Of a stretch of 64,000 bases of DNA, positions 13,541 through 25,339 are shown piece by piece. The first letter of the stretch is position 1, and each line of letters begins with the position of its first letter. The notes under the pieces are model-generated. The model was given only the letters and a program-made list of their open reading frames with translations. It was not told where the DNA came from and did no database searches. The translations under genes were made by a program, and so were the position numbers. The DNA lies in assembly GCF_963921235.1 (NCBI RefSeq), contig NC_086097.1:111230001-111294000 (forward strand), given 5' to 3'. The DNA comes from Mobula hypostoma (taxonomy: Eukaryota).

Positions 13541-15519
13541 TGATGCTTCTTTGTATTATAGTTTTATGGTATAATTGCCATAACCATCCATTTAATTGGA
13601 CCAAAGGAAGAAGTATGTTCTGATCTCATTTACAATATCTATGAACCATATTTTATTCCAAAGAAAACCTATTTTCTCTTCATCAGTAATCTTAACTCAC
13701 CCTGCTGTGTACTCACCTCCAACAAGTACAGAAATATTATGCTTTTTATTCCCTCAAACAGAGAAATAATCTATTTATCTGCCACTTCCCTATTCCTAGT
13801 TCACTTGATCAAATTTTCCAAATATTTCTCCATCATCTTCATCCTAGTCAAATATCTCCCTGTAACTTCTGTCCCATTTCCCATGAAAATCTGTCATCAG
13901 ACTGTCATCTTCATGAGAGTTCCTTATTGTTGCCTCAGTCTTAAGTCTTATTGCTACCTCAATCTTATTTCTGATCATATTAGCCTATTTCCCTTCCTTG
14001 CTCCCTAGAGTTAAGGAGCAATTTAGCAAGGAAAAAGGCTCCTATTGGGCCCAAATCATCCAAGCCTGCCGCGATGCCCATCTCAGCTAGTTCCATTAGC
14101 CTGTGCTTGCCTCATATTCTTCTAAACCTTTCTTATTTATGTGCCTGTCCAAATTCCTTTTATTTTTTATTGTTGTACCTGTTACTCTACCTACCTCCAT
14201 ATTGAACTAACCCATCATATTGGCCACCATCAGCATATATTTAAAAATAAATGCATCCTTAACCAAGATCTTTGTAGTTTCCAAATGTTTTGAAAACAAC
14301 ACTCGGCAGGTCAGGCACCATCTGTATTTCAGTGCAGGACTGTTGGAGCTAAGCAGCATATCAGGTTTTTCTGATGGAAAGTGAAGAAAATGAACCAATA
14401 TCACAGAACCATAATACACACCTGTAAGTAGCCAGTTCTAAAAACAGAAAAAAATTGAGTTACCTAAAATTAGGTCATTCAGTGCTGAGGCCAGAAAGAT
14501 GCAACTTTCCCATACCAAATTTATATCCATATTGATAAAAGTTTATACGTTCGTCGTCACATAGCTTGTAAAGCAATATTCTACAGAATTAGAAGTTCAC
14601 TTAAATTTTGAACAACAAAAGTTGTGTTTACAGAGTTTCAGGTTTGAATTAGCCCCACACCATCAGTTTCAAGAACAGTTCCTACTCCTTAACCATTAGG
14701 CTCTTGACCCAAAGGGGATAACTGCACTCATCTTCACTCACCTCAACACTGAACTTATGGACCACAACCTATAGACTCACCTTTAAGGACTTGTGTTCTT
14801 GATATTTGTTGCTTATTTATCATTATTTTTCTTTTCATTTGCTATTTGTTGTCCTTTGCACATTGGTTGTTTGTCTGTGTTGTATGTAGTTTTTCATCAA
14901 TTCTGTTTTCCATTTACTGTGAATGCCCATAAGAAAACGAATCTCAGGTCAGTATATGGTGACATTAATGAAGTTTGATCAATTTGCTTTGAACACCTTA
15001 AGCCCTCTTCATTTAATTGTGATCGATATAGAGGCTTGGAATGGACCTAAATTGCTGAGAATCATCGGATTTCACCGACACAACATATACAAATTATGGA
15101 GTAACACACACAAGCTCGGCAGGCCAGACAGCATCAATGGAAAGAAATCGACATTTCAGGCTGAGACCCTTCAACAGGACTGTCCAAATTAAACATCAAC
15201 ATTTTATTCCTCTCCAGAGATGTCGCCTGACGTGCTGAGTTCCTCCAGCATTGTGTGTGTATGTTACACTGCATTTCCAGCATCTATAGAATCTCAAGGC
15301 TTGTGTGTGTGTGTTTGATAATAAACGTGCTTTGAATCTTGAATCTTTGACCTCAGCAGGTCAGGCAGCATCTATGGAAATGAATAAACTTCAGGGCGCG
15401 ACCCTTCATCAGGACTGGAAAGGAAGAGGGAGATGCCAGAATAAGAAAGTGGGAGGAGGAGAAGGACAACCTACAGATTTCTCTTCACGCAAGGAACTTC
15501 CCTCAGCTATTCAGGAGCA

Positions 15520-15880
15520 GAAAGTAAATAAGCATGCGCAGGGATGGGCACGAGCCGCGTTCTCGGCGCCGGAAGTCGAGTGCGCGCACATAGGGGTGTG
15601 AGGGAGGTGACGTTGACTTCGGACGGCCGACTGTCAAAGCAGCGAAGAAAAGAGCACTGGTTGTGGTTCGTGGGCAATGTCCGACCTGTGGGTGAGCAGT
15701 GGGTTCGGGGGAGGATTCACTGAGCTGCCTAGGGCTTGGCCGGCTGTCCTGAGCTGCTCGGCCGAGGGTGGCCCCTTGATTGTTCCGCCCAACGATCGGT
15801 GTAAAACTCATCTCCTCCCGGCTTGTCCCTGTGTGGAGCAGGGACAAACCGCACCTCCGCCCCAGGCTGAATCAACTTGC
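15520..15880 (+). promoter_or_regulatory. LRRFIP2: CpG-rich promoter region of LRRFIP2
   Basis: Clear local CpG/GC enrichment in non-repeat sequence. Contains ETS/GABP motif CCGGAAGT (15569-15576), NRF1-like GCATGCGCA (15532-15540) and TGCGCGCA (15581-15588), and CRE-like TGACGT (15608-15613). Lies 2.6 kb upstream of the ATG exon. Confidence 0.75.
15580..15691 (+). other. LRRFIP2: Putative non-coding first exon of LRRFIP2 (start approximate)
   Basis: Donor-like TGG|GTGAGC at 15692 inside the CpG-rich segment. The next exon (18278) begins at an acceptor upstream of the ATG, so an upstream UTR exon is required. Confidence 0.55.
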
Positions 15881-16379
15881 TGGGCCTGTAATTCTCACCC
15901 TGTATTTGGCTCTTGTCCAAGCTGTTTTTTTTTGCCAAGTGTTTAAATCTGCGGAGCAAGTTATGAGGTGGGGTTTCCTTGGAGGCAGATGGTGAGAGGG
16001 CGATCATAGAGAGTAGGGATACAGGCTCTTCAGCACAGTTTAACCATGCCCACAGTGTTGCCCTACCAGAGCGACACCCATTTTCCTGCGCTTGGCCCAC
16101 TTTTCCACTTTATATATCTACCCATATTTCTAAATGTCTTTTAAACCCTGTCATTGTAACTTGTCGCTAGCATTGCCTCCGACAGCTTGTTCCATATACC
16201 CACCACCCTGTGTGTGGAACAAACTGTCTCTCAGATTCCTTGTAAATCTTTCACCATCAATCTATGTTCTCTTGTCTTACCCTACCCTTGGGGAAAACAG
16301 TGAACATCCACCTTCGTTACACCCCTCATAATTTTATCAGTCTCTATAAGTCACCCTTCAGCTTTCTCCTCTGTACCTC

Positions 16380-16680
16380 CCTTTGCAACTGGATCCTTGA
16401 CTTCCTCATCGGGAGCACAGTCAGTGTGGATCGGATATAACGTCGCTGACAATCAACATTGGCACACCTCAAAGATGTGTGCTCTACTTCCTCTACACCC
16501 ACAAACTGTGTGGCTAGACTTAGCTCAAACCCCATCTATAAATTCGCCGATGACACAACCGCTGTTGGCAGAATTTCAGATGGTGACGAGGAGGTGTATG
16601 GGAGTGAGATAAATTAGCTGATTTGAGTGGTGTCACAGCAACAACCTTAACGTTGGTAAGACCAAGGAATTGATTGTGGA
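16380..16680 (+). mobile_element. Rex1/Babar LINE RT fragment
   Basis: Translates in shifting frames to LCNWILDFL...QSV.IG and IYKFADDTT.VGRISDGDE. Confidence 0.7.
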
Positions 16681-18321
16681 CAAACCCAACCTATTCGCTG
16701 CCCTAAGCAATCGGAGTACTGGATAGGTTAATATTTAATCTAGGTTATTCTAGATTCTGAATTATTTGTTGTCATACTTCATTTCAAGACCGTAGAGAGT
16801 CAGCAAGGGCAGGGCTGATGGAGCGGTGAGAAGATATTCTCTGTTACTACAGCAATTCCCTTTGACGCCTTGCTGACTGTCACATTACCACTGCATATAA
16901 AATTCTCATTCTTGAGTTTCAGATTTTTTTTTGCATCACAGTTTCTGTATCTCTGTAATCTGTTGTTTGTTTTGGCTTTTGTGCTCTGTCTGACCATGGG
17001 CAGCAGCGTTTCTCCAGCACTTGAACCCTTCTACTTTAATGATCCTTTCTAATTCCATCCCCAGTCTAAGTTAGGGGGTCTTCTTTCTTGATTTTTCTAT
17101 TTGATTTGGCTATTTTGCTTCCATTCTACTAATCCTTGTGCACTTTTTTGGTTTTTGTTTATGGTGTCAAGTCAAATGTATTGTCATTTAACTATGTACG
17201 TGTATAATGTCAAACAAGACATGGTTTTTCCAGACCAGGATGTAAAGTACACTTGTACACAACAACTGGACAATGAGAAATCCATTTTACTATGAGACAA
17301 TGAGATTGTGCTTGTCTTCATTCAAGTGACTTTATGGTCGGTTTATTTTTTTCTGGAATTCAATGAAAATGGAAGCTTCCCAAAGTTACCTGGTATAACA
17401 GAGTTGCATGACTTTGACACCCAAAGCAACTGAACTATCAACTTGGTTTTGCTTTCGGTTTGAGTATGAAAGTGGAGTCAAATCACCACTCTGATCATTG
17501 CAGCACTAGAATTGTAGAAGATCAATGGAAAAATGTTAGGGCATAAATACTTTAATATTGTACTTTGTTTAGAAGTGAAATATTAGTTTGTTTCATCTAG
17601 TATTCAGCTAGATCTTCTATGTACATAGTAACAGACTACAACAAACTCAGTGGATCAAAATATTAGCGTATTTATTACTTGTAATGGAAAGTCTACCTCC
17701 ATACATTAAGTCGTCGGTAGGAGCTTCAATCTTACAGCTGAAAACAGATAATTCTTATACATTTACAGAGTCCAGTAAGTCATCCTTTAATTGCAATCTT
17801 TTCTTATCTGCATCCATCTTGAATGAGTCACATTTGTCTTTGAGGCTTCCCTCCCTTCCCCCAACAGCTTTGTTCTGTTTTTCTGTGCTGTCAAAACACT
17901 CCCTGCCATAAAACACATACCCTGCTATAGATTACATGCTTTCAAACTTCCCATCCAAACATATCAACAAACGAGCAAAGCACTCTGGGATCACACAGGT
18001 TCTGTTTTGTCACATTACATTTTATAAAAATTTTAAGTTCATAAAGACTTCAGAATTACAGGTATATTTCCGCAGTTGACAAGTAAAATTATTATAGTAA
18101 TCCATAGGATGTGTATCTTAATTCATGAAATTGAACACATTTGTAAATTTTGCATTTTAAATTATAATTTGTATGCAAGTTCAGGATGTGCAAGAGAGAA
18201 AAAAATTATGGCTTATTTTGCCTTTACAGCACAACCATAGAAGGGAGCACCTGTTCAAATTATACTTGGTTCTGCAGTCCCGAATATTCTAGAAGACATT
18301 GGGTTTAATCATTTGGAGAAA

Positions 18322-18411
18322 ATGGGGACACCAGGCGCTGGAAGAAAACGGACACCTATCAAAGATAGATTCTCAGCCGAAGATGAAGCCCTGAGCCATA
18401 TTGCCAGAGAG
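18322..18411 (+). CDS. LRRFIP2: LRRFIP2 first coding exon ([30 protein letters not shown]); exon probably starts at 18278
   Basis: AAAATGG Kozak context at 18322, acceptor TTCTGCAG ending 18277, donor GAG|GTAGGT at 18412; near identity to the LRRFIP2 N-terminus. Confidence 0.95.
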
Positions 18412-20821
18412 GTAGGTTGAATGTTCAAAGTTCATTTTGTTACATTTCTAGTCTGGTTATGATGCTGGATGTGCATAGGTAATCTAGCATATTATTTTAC
18501 AAAACCCAGAGTAAAATTGAATCTTGACTTAAAAGAATTAAGATTTTCTTCATATCTGGTGTGTAACACATTTCTGTCATTGGAAGGCAATGCTGTGATC
18601 TTTAGACACTCCTGGGCAATCTGAGTAAATGTTTATCAAATTAGAAGCTTTCCTTATACATGTTCTTTCATAAATTTTAATGGTAGATGTATTTTATTTG
18701 AAAAGAGTTATACCTATTGTTTTCAAGTGTCCCAACCATGTGAAGATGACATGGGAAATTGGAGTAGGCCTTCTATGAGCATGTTGCACCATTTCAAACA
18801 ATTGTGACTGATCATCAAAATTTAGTATCTTGTTCTTACTTTGTCCCCACATCCCTTGAGGTTGTTACCCATAAGAATTTAATTCAGTTCATTGTGCATA
18901 GTTAATGGTTTGACATCAAATCCCTTCTGTGGTTTAAAAAAAAATTCATTTGTTTGAAGAAAGTTATCATCTGTTGTCCAGTCCATGCACTAGAAGGTGA
19001 ATCTGTTGAGCTGGAGTCCTTGGGGTGAGCCACATCTCTGTGAAGCAAAGTAGCAAAGTCATGTAATCTTGCTCTGAGGTCTTCATCTGTATTTTCCAGC
19101 AACTTTACATTAGCTAGGGGTTCATCTTGGAGTAGTGGGTAGGGCCCTGTGTTTCAATTTTATCTGGATCCAGACTGGCAGTCACATTTCCTGAGAAAGT
19201 TAATATGTTCCCTGAGCCTCCAGCTGCTACACTTACTTCCTGGGTGGCTTGCCAATTGTGAAGATCATAGTTTTTTAAAAATATGACTTGAAACAATGTT
19301 TGTTATTGGAGTGCCCACGGTTACAGATTTCAGTTGTAGCAGTTCTGAATGGGAATATTAGCTGATTCTCTTGGAGGCTGTACAAAAAAATACACTGCTC
19401 CCTGGCACAATATTTAGATTAGAGTACAGATAAGTGTGAGGTGATGTATATTGGAAAGTCAAGCCAGCTAAGGACTTGTACTATGAATTATCTGGCATGG
19501 GCTGAATGCATGAAATTGGGACAAGCTGGGTGGGCACCGTGGTCAGAGATTGGCCTGAAGAGCCAGTATCCATTGCTCTGTGATCTGCTGTGGGGCTGGT
19601 TCCAACTCCCAACAATTTGAGCTTTTGGTTGAGACGTTGTCCTGGATACTTCTAATGCCCACAAAATTGAGATTGGTCAGGTGTATCTTAATGTTATGAA
19701 TGCCATGCTCTTTATTTTCCAGTTTTGCAGAACTGGAGATTAGCCAATGTTGTTCCTTAATTGAAGAAGGGAAATGGGGATAGTCCAGGGAATTACTGGT
19801 CGGTAAGCTTAATGCAAGTTGTAGGGAGGTTATTGCAGAGTTCTTAGGGATAGGATTTATGTGTATTTGCGAAAATTTAGCCTGGTTAGGGACAGTTAGC
19901 ATGGCTTTGTGCAGCAAGTCTTGTCTTACAATCTTGATTGAGTTTTTTGTGGAGGCGACAAAGGTGATTGAGAGTAGGGTAGTGTATGTTGTCTGTGTGG
20001 ATTTTAGTAAGACTGTGACAAAGCCCCTCTTGGTAGACGGTGTGAGTGTTGCACCTTGGAACATGGTAAACTGTTAATGTTCATAGGGATCTTAGGGTCT
20101 GGGTCCGTAGCTCTCTGAAAGTGGCTATACGAGTTGATAAGATGGTAAAAAAAGGCATGTGGCATGCTTGCCTTTATTAGTTGAAGAACTGAGTTAAAGA
20201 GTCAGGAAGTTATGTTGTAGTCCTCATTGCTCCATTATGGAAAGTCAGGTGGTGGATACAGAATTCAAAGTTTTTGAATGCATGCGGCATACAAAATAAG
20301 GTAGGTTATCTTGTAGCCTGGTTAGAAATGAGCAGGTATGATATTGTGTCATCACCGAGTTGTAGTTGGAAGGAGGTCACAGTTGGGAGCTTAACATCTA
20401 AGGATACACATTGTATCAAAAAACCAGGCAGGAGGGCATTGTTGGTTTAAAAAAAAGTGAATCAAATCCTTAGAAGTGACATAGGACCAGAAGATAAGAC
20501 CAGAAGACAGAGAAGCACTTAGTGCAACAAGTGTGCACCACTATTCTATCATGGCTGATTTATTCTCCTTTACAACCCTATTCTCTCACCTTCTCCCTGT
20601 AACCTTTGACCCCTGACTAATCAATAATTGATCAACCTCCCCTTTAAGTATATTCACTGACTTGGCTTACCCAGCTGTCTGTGGCAATGAATTCCACAGA
20701 TTCGCCATCCTCTGGCTTAATTAAATTCCTCCTCATCTAAATGGGTATCCCTGTATTCTGAGGCTATACCCTCTGGTCCTAGACTATAGAAAATATTCTC
20801 TCCACGTCCACTCTATCTAGG

Positions 20822-21563
20822 TCATGCGTACCACTAAAAAATGGTCTTGTGGTTGGATGAGACTGCAGTGGAACTTTCTGGTCTCAACACTCAAACAGTA
20901 CATGTGGCTTAAACCTAATACTGCGCATCAGCCCGATAACACAGCCCTACTGTAAAATATGGTGGAGGTAGCATCGTGCTATGGGGATGTTTTTCAGCAG
21001 CAGGGACTGGAAATCTGTTCAGGATTGATGGGAAGATGAATGTTGCTAAATACAGAAAGATCCTGGATAAAAACCTGCTAGCCTCTGCCAGGAATCTTAA
21101 ACTGGGGAGGAAGTTCATCTTTCAGCAAGACAATGACCCAAAGCACAATGCCAGAGCAACTATGGAGTGTCTTCAAATAAAGAAAATTAATGTCCTTGAG
21201 TGGCCCAGTCAGTCTTGACCTTAACTCAATCAAACATCTCTGGCAAGACCTCAGGATTACTGTCCATTGCCGCTTCCCAACTAACCTGCCACAGCTTAAG
21301 CAACTTTGCAAGGAAGAATGGACAAATCTTGCTCTACCACGTTGTGCAAAGCTGATTGAGACTTATCCAAAAAGACTGCTGGCTGTCACAAACAAGTGAA
21401 AATCTGCAGATGCTGGAAATCTAAGCAACACACACAAAATGGCTGGAGGATCTTAGAAGGCCAGGCTGCATCTATGGAAAAGAGTAAACAGTCGATGTTT
21501 TGGTCCAAGATCCTTCATCAGGACTTAAGGTTGTAATAGCTGTGAGAAGTGGTTCAACTAAGT
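20822..21563 (+). mobile_element. Tc1 (DD34E) transposase remnant, interrupted by a Penelope-like terminus at about 21387-21530
   Basis: ORF 20976..21218: [10 protein letters not shown]...[11 protein letters not shown]...[16 protein letters not shown] just upstream; LCKEEW...CAKLIETYPKRL downstream. Confidence 0.88.
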
Positions 21564-21564
21564 G

Positions 21565-23030
21565 AAAGTTAGTCCGTAGGTTGTGGGAACATTTCAATGA
21601 TGGGCCAAGTGAAGTTGAGTGGTTATCTCCTCTGGTTCGAGAGCCTGATGGTTGAGGAGTAATAAGTGTTCCTGACCTGGTGGTGTGAGTCCTGAGGCTT
21701 TGGAGTGTGCATAGATACACTGTCATAAGTGTAAACTGAGTAGAGCAGGGGGTTAAGCACACAGCCTTGTGGAGTACCTGTGCTGATGGAGATTGTGGAG
21801 GTGATATTGTTGCCAATCCAAACTGACTGGGGTCTGCAAGTGAGGAAATCGAGGATCCAATTGCACAATGAAGTTTTGAGGCCAAGGTCTTGAAGCTTAT
21901 TGATTAGTTTTGAGGGGATGATAATATAGAATGCTGAGCTGTGGTTGATAAAAAGCATCCTAATGCATGTGTCTTTGCTGTCCAGATGTTCCAAGATTGA
22001 GTGAAGAGCCAAAGAAAAGGCATCTGCTGTGTACCTGTTGTGCCGGTTGGCAAATTAGAGCAGATCCAAGTCGTTTCTCAGGCCGGAGTTGATGTGCTTC
22101 ATCACCAACCTCTCAACATATTTCATCACTGAGGATGTAAATACTACTAGACAATAGTAATTGAGGCAGGTTATCACATCCTTCTTAGGCACCGGTATAA
22201 AAATAAAGTCTGCTTGGAGCAGGGGGTACCTCAGACTGCCAATGCCAGAGGTTGAAGATCTCAGTGAACACTCCATCCAGTTGATCAGCACTGCTTTTCG
22301 TACTCGCTCTAGTATCCCATCTGGGCTGGATGGTTTCTGTGGGTTCACCCTCTTGATGCTCTCACTTTGGCTTCAAAGATTGAAATCTTTGGGTCTTCAG
22401 GCACTGTGGGAGTTTGTGATAATCCCTCCATGTTTTGACGGTCAAAGTGAGTATAGAAGGCATTTAATTCATCTGGAAGTGAAGCTCTTTTGTCACCTAT
22501 GTCGCTTGATTTCACTTTGTAAGACATTATAGCTATAATTCATCTGGAAGTGAAGCTCTTTTGTCACCTATGTCACTTGATTTCACTTTGTAAGACATTA
22601 TAGCACTCTAGCCCTGTCAAAGCTGTTGAGAATCCTCGAATGATTCAGATTTCATCTGGAATTGCCACTTTGCCCATGAGATGGCTTTCCAGCGATTGTA
22701 CCTGGACCACTTGTAATTTTCTTACTTGGCAAACTTGAATGCCTCTGATCTGGCCTGCAGCAGATTGTAGATCTTATAGTTTCATCCAGGACTTCTGATT
22801 GGGGAAGACTGAATAATTTTGTGGGGACAATCTTGCTTGCAACTGTTTTTATAAAGACTGTGACAATCATGGTATATTCATTCAGATCTACAAATGAGTC
22901 CTTGAACACAGCTCAGTCGACCAATTTGAAGCAATCCTGTTGCTGCTTCCCTGCTTCCCATGACCACCTTTTTGTGGTCCTGATCTCTGGAGCCTTGCTG
23001 TTTAGCCTCTGCCTGTATGCAGGTAGAAGT
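21565..23030 (-). mobile_element. Rex1/Babar-clade LINE, decayed and internally deleted
   Basis: ORF 21623..22012 ([13 protein letters not shown]...SSAF...[31 protein letters not shown]); ORF 22055..22348 (SPDGI...IPVPKK...CLNYY); ORF 22345..22527 (SLPDELNAFY). Confidence 0.85.
22465..22604. repeat. Tandem duplication of 69 bp (22465-22533 and 22536-22604)
   Basis: TAATTCATCTGGAAGTG...GACATTATAGC repeated, with a 2-bp spacer and one mismatch. Confidence 0.9.
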
Positions 23031-23469
23031 AATCCAGAAACTACTACTTAGTTGATGTACTAATTAGTTTATTTAATACTTATTAATCTCTTTCCAAACT
23101 CTTTAAAATCTGCTGACAGGAATCCAGTCAGTTTTATACCTATACTGTGGGTACTTCTGTGGACTGTGACCTATTTCTTCTATTCCTTACACATAGATCA
23201 TTAAGCTCAGTAATCCGGAGGTGAACTCCAGCTGATGATACTTTCTTCAGATATGTGAGTTTTCAGTTTGTGGCTCTAAACCTATCTAAGTGGTGGTACT
23301 TTTATCCTACATATGGTCACTAAAAGCTTTTCACCATATTCATGCATATTCTAGGATTACCCCTTCCTTTCAGTCTGTGTTGCAATACCTCCATTTCTTC
23401 TGAGAATTGTAAACTCATCAAATTCAAAGGCAGCAGCTTGCTTTGCGGCCAGCAGAGCTGCTGCCTCCC

Positions 23470-23715
23470 AGGGTGAGTTTGGTTTGCACGTTCTTCTTGT
23501 GATTGTGGGTTTTCTCCGGCTGCTCCAGTTTCCTCCCACATCTCATGAGTCATTGTTAATAGACTCTAATTGTACTTGGTGTGTAGGTGAGTGGTAGAAT
23601 ATTGAGGGGAGTTGATGAGAATGTAGGGAGAATAAAAAAAAGGATTAATGTAGAATTAGTGTGAATGGGTGGTTGATAGAGCAGACGGTTGACAGTTGAA
23701 GGATCTGTTCCTGAG
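23470..23715 (+). mobile_element. V-SINE-like fragment
   Basis: V-domain-like GTGGGTTTTCTCCGGCTGCTCCAGTTTCCTCCCACAT. Confidence 0.6.
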
Positions 23716-23724
23716 CTATTTTAG

Positions 23725-24108
23725 TCAGATATGTTTATACTTTATTGTCACCAAACAATTGATACTAGAACGTACAATCATCATAGCGATATTTGATTCT
23801 GCGCTTCCTGCTCCCTGGATTACAAATCGATAGTAAATATTAAAAATTTAAATTATAAATCGTAAATAGAAAAATGGAAAGTAAGGTAGTGCAAAAAAAA
23901 CTGAGAGGCAGGTCTGGATATTTGGAGTCAGGATCTGTTCAGCAGTCTTATCACAGTTGGAAAGAAGCTGTTTCCAAATCTGGCCGTACGAGTCTTCAAG
24001 CTCCTGAGCCTTCTCCCGGAGGGAAGAGAGACGAAAAGTGTTGTGGCTGGGTGGGTAGTGTCCTTGATTATCCTGGCAGCACTGCTCCGACAGCATGCGG
24101 TGTAAGGT
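23725..24108 (-). mobile_element. Rex1/Babar LINE 3' end
   Basis: Minus strand encodes IIKDTTHPAT..F..LPSGRRLRSLKTRTARFGNSFFPTVIRLLN, a typical Rex1 C-terminus. Confidence 0.7.
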
Positions 24109-25339
24109 GATCTTGTATTTTGAAATATACCATGAAATGTGTCATTTGTGATGTTTTAGAGGCAGCCACACATTCCAGCACTAACATAGCATGCCTACAA
24201 TACCACAGAACAACACAAGCAGCAGCAACAAAACAAGAAAACAACAGCAAAACAAGCTCCTTTCCCATCCTTCCACATATACCTAGACAGGCCTCCAACC
24301 TCAATACAGTTAATCTCCCAGCCTCCAGTCCTTGTCCCCGAATTCTGTGACTCACAGTTACTGGATCTCCAGCTTTGGACTTCACCCCAGGATGCTGATC
24401 ATGGACCTCAATCTCTGGACTTGCATGAACCTTCCTTCTGGGGTGCATGGGCTCTCATGATTCCTTCCGTGCCTGGGACTTGCTGCTGACTTCCAACCAG
24501 AGATTGGTCTCTGACCTAAGATCGCTGGTCTCCTCAGTGCGTGTACTTCTTGGATCACTGACATTTGAACATGGAAAGCTTTGACCTGGACTTGAACTCC
24601 TGCCCAGACTCTTCATTTACTACCCTGACTACCCAGTTTATCCCTCTAAGCCCTAACTTGACTCGTAAATCCCCCCTCTGGGCCCAAATGGCCAAATATC
24701 TATAATGGACACCCTTAAATTCTCTTCCGAATTTGAGACGAGTGATATCCTGCCATTGTTGCTTTTTCAATTTTATTTTTACCAGCCTTCCAAATACATA
24801 TTCTCATGTACTTTAATCCCATCTAAATTACTAGTCTTGTTTATTGTTCTATAATTTGCTTATTTTGTTCAGACTAATGAAGAATATTTTTTCTATTTTG
24901 CACAAGGGATCAGATTTTTTGCTCGATAATTTACCTTGCCTTTCTGTTCTCCTAACATTTTATGTTTTACATGTTTACATAAGACTTTGGATTCTGTTTT
25001 GTGATAGCCACTAATGCACCTTGATCTTTTTTATGACATTCTCCTCTTTGGGATTCTACATGTAGATAGTTTTTGTGTTCCCAACTCATTCAACATTTTC
25101 TGTTTGTCTGTGAACTCAATGTAGTTTAAATTGGAATGATGCAATTGAAAATTGAAAAGAAAATTCAAATGGGTGGATTGCATAAGTTTGTCTATTTTAT
25201 TAAGTTCCTCATCTAATTCCTGTTCAGTCAATTTTGTACCACTGATGACAAAATCTGCCATGAAAATGTGTTGAAATAACAAATGTAGTTTACATTTTAA
25301 CTTAAAATATCTCATTCATATATTCTGCTGTTCCCCTCT

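Noticed and set aside
15305..16100. Several overlapping ORFs on both strands around the CpG-rich region
   Set aside because: Expected in GC-rich promoter DNA with few stop codons; no recognisable protein.
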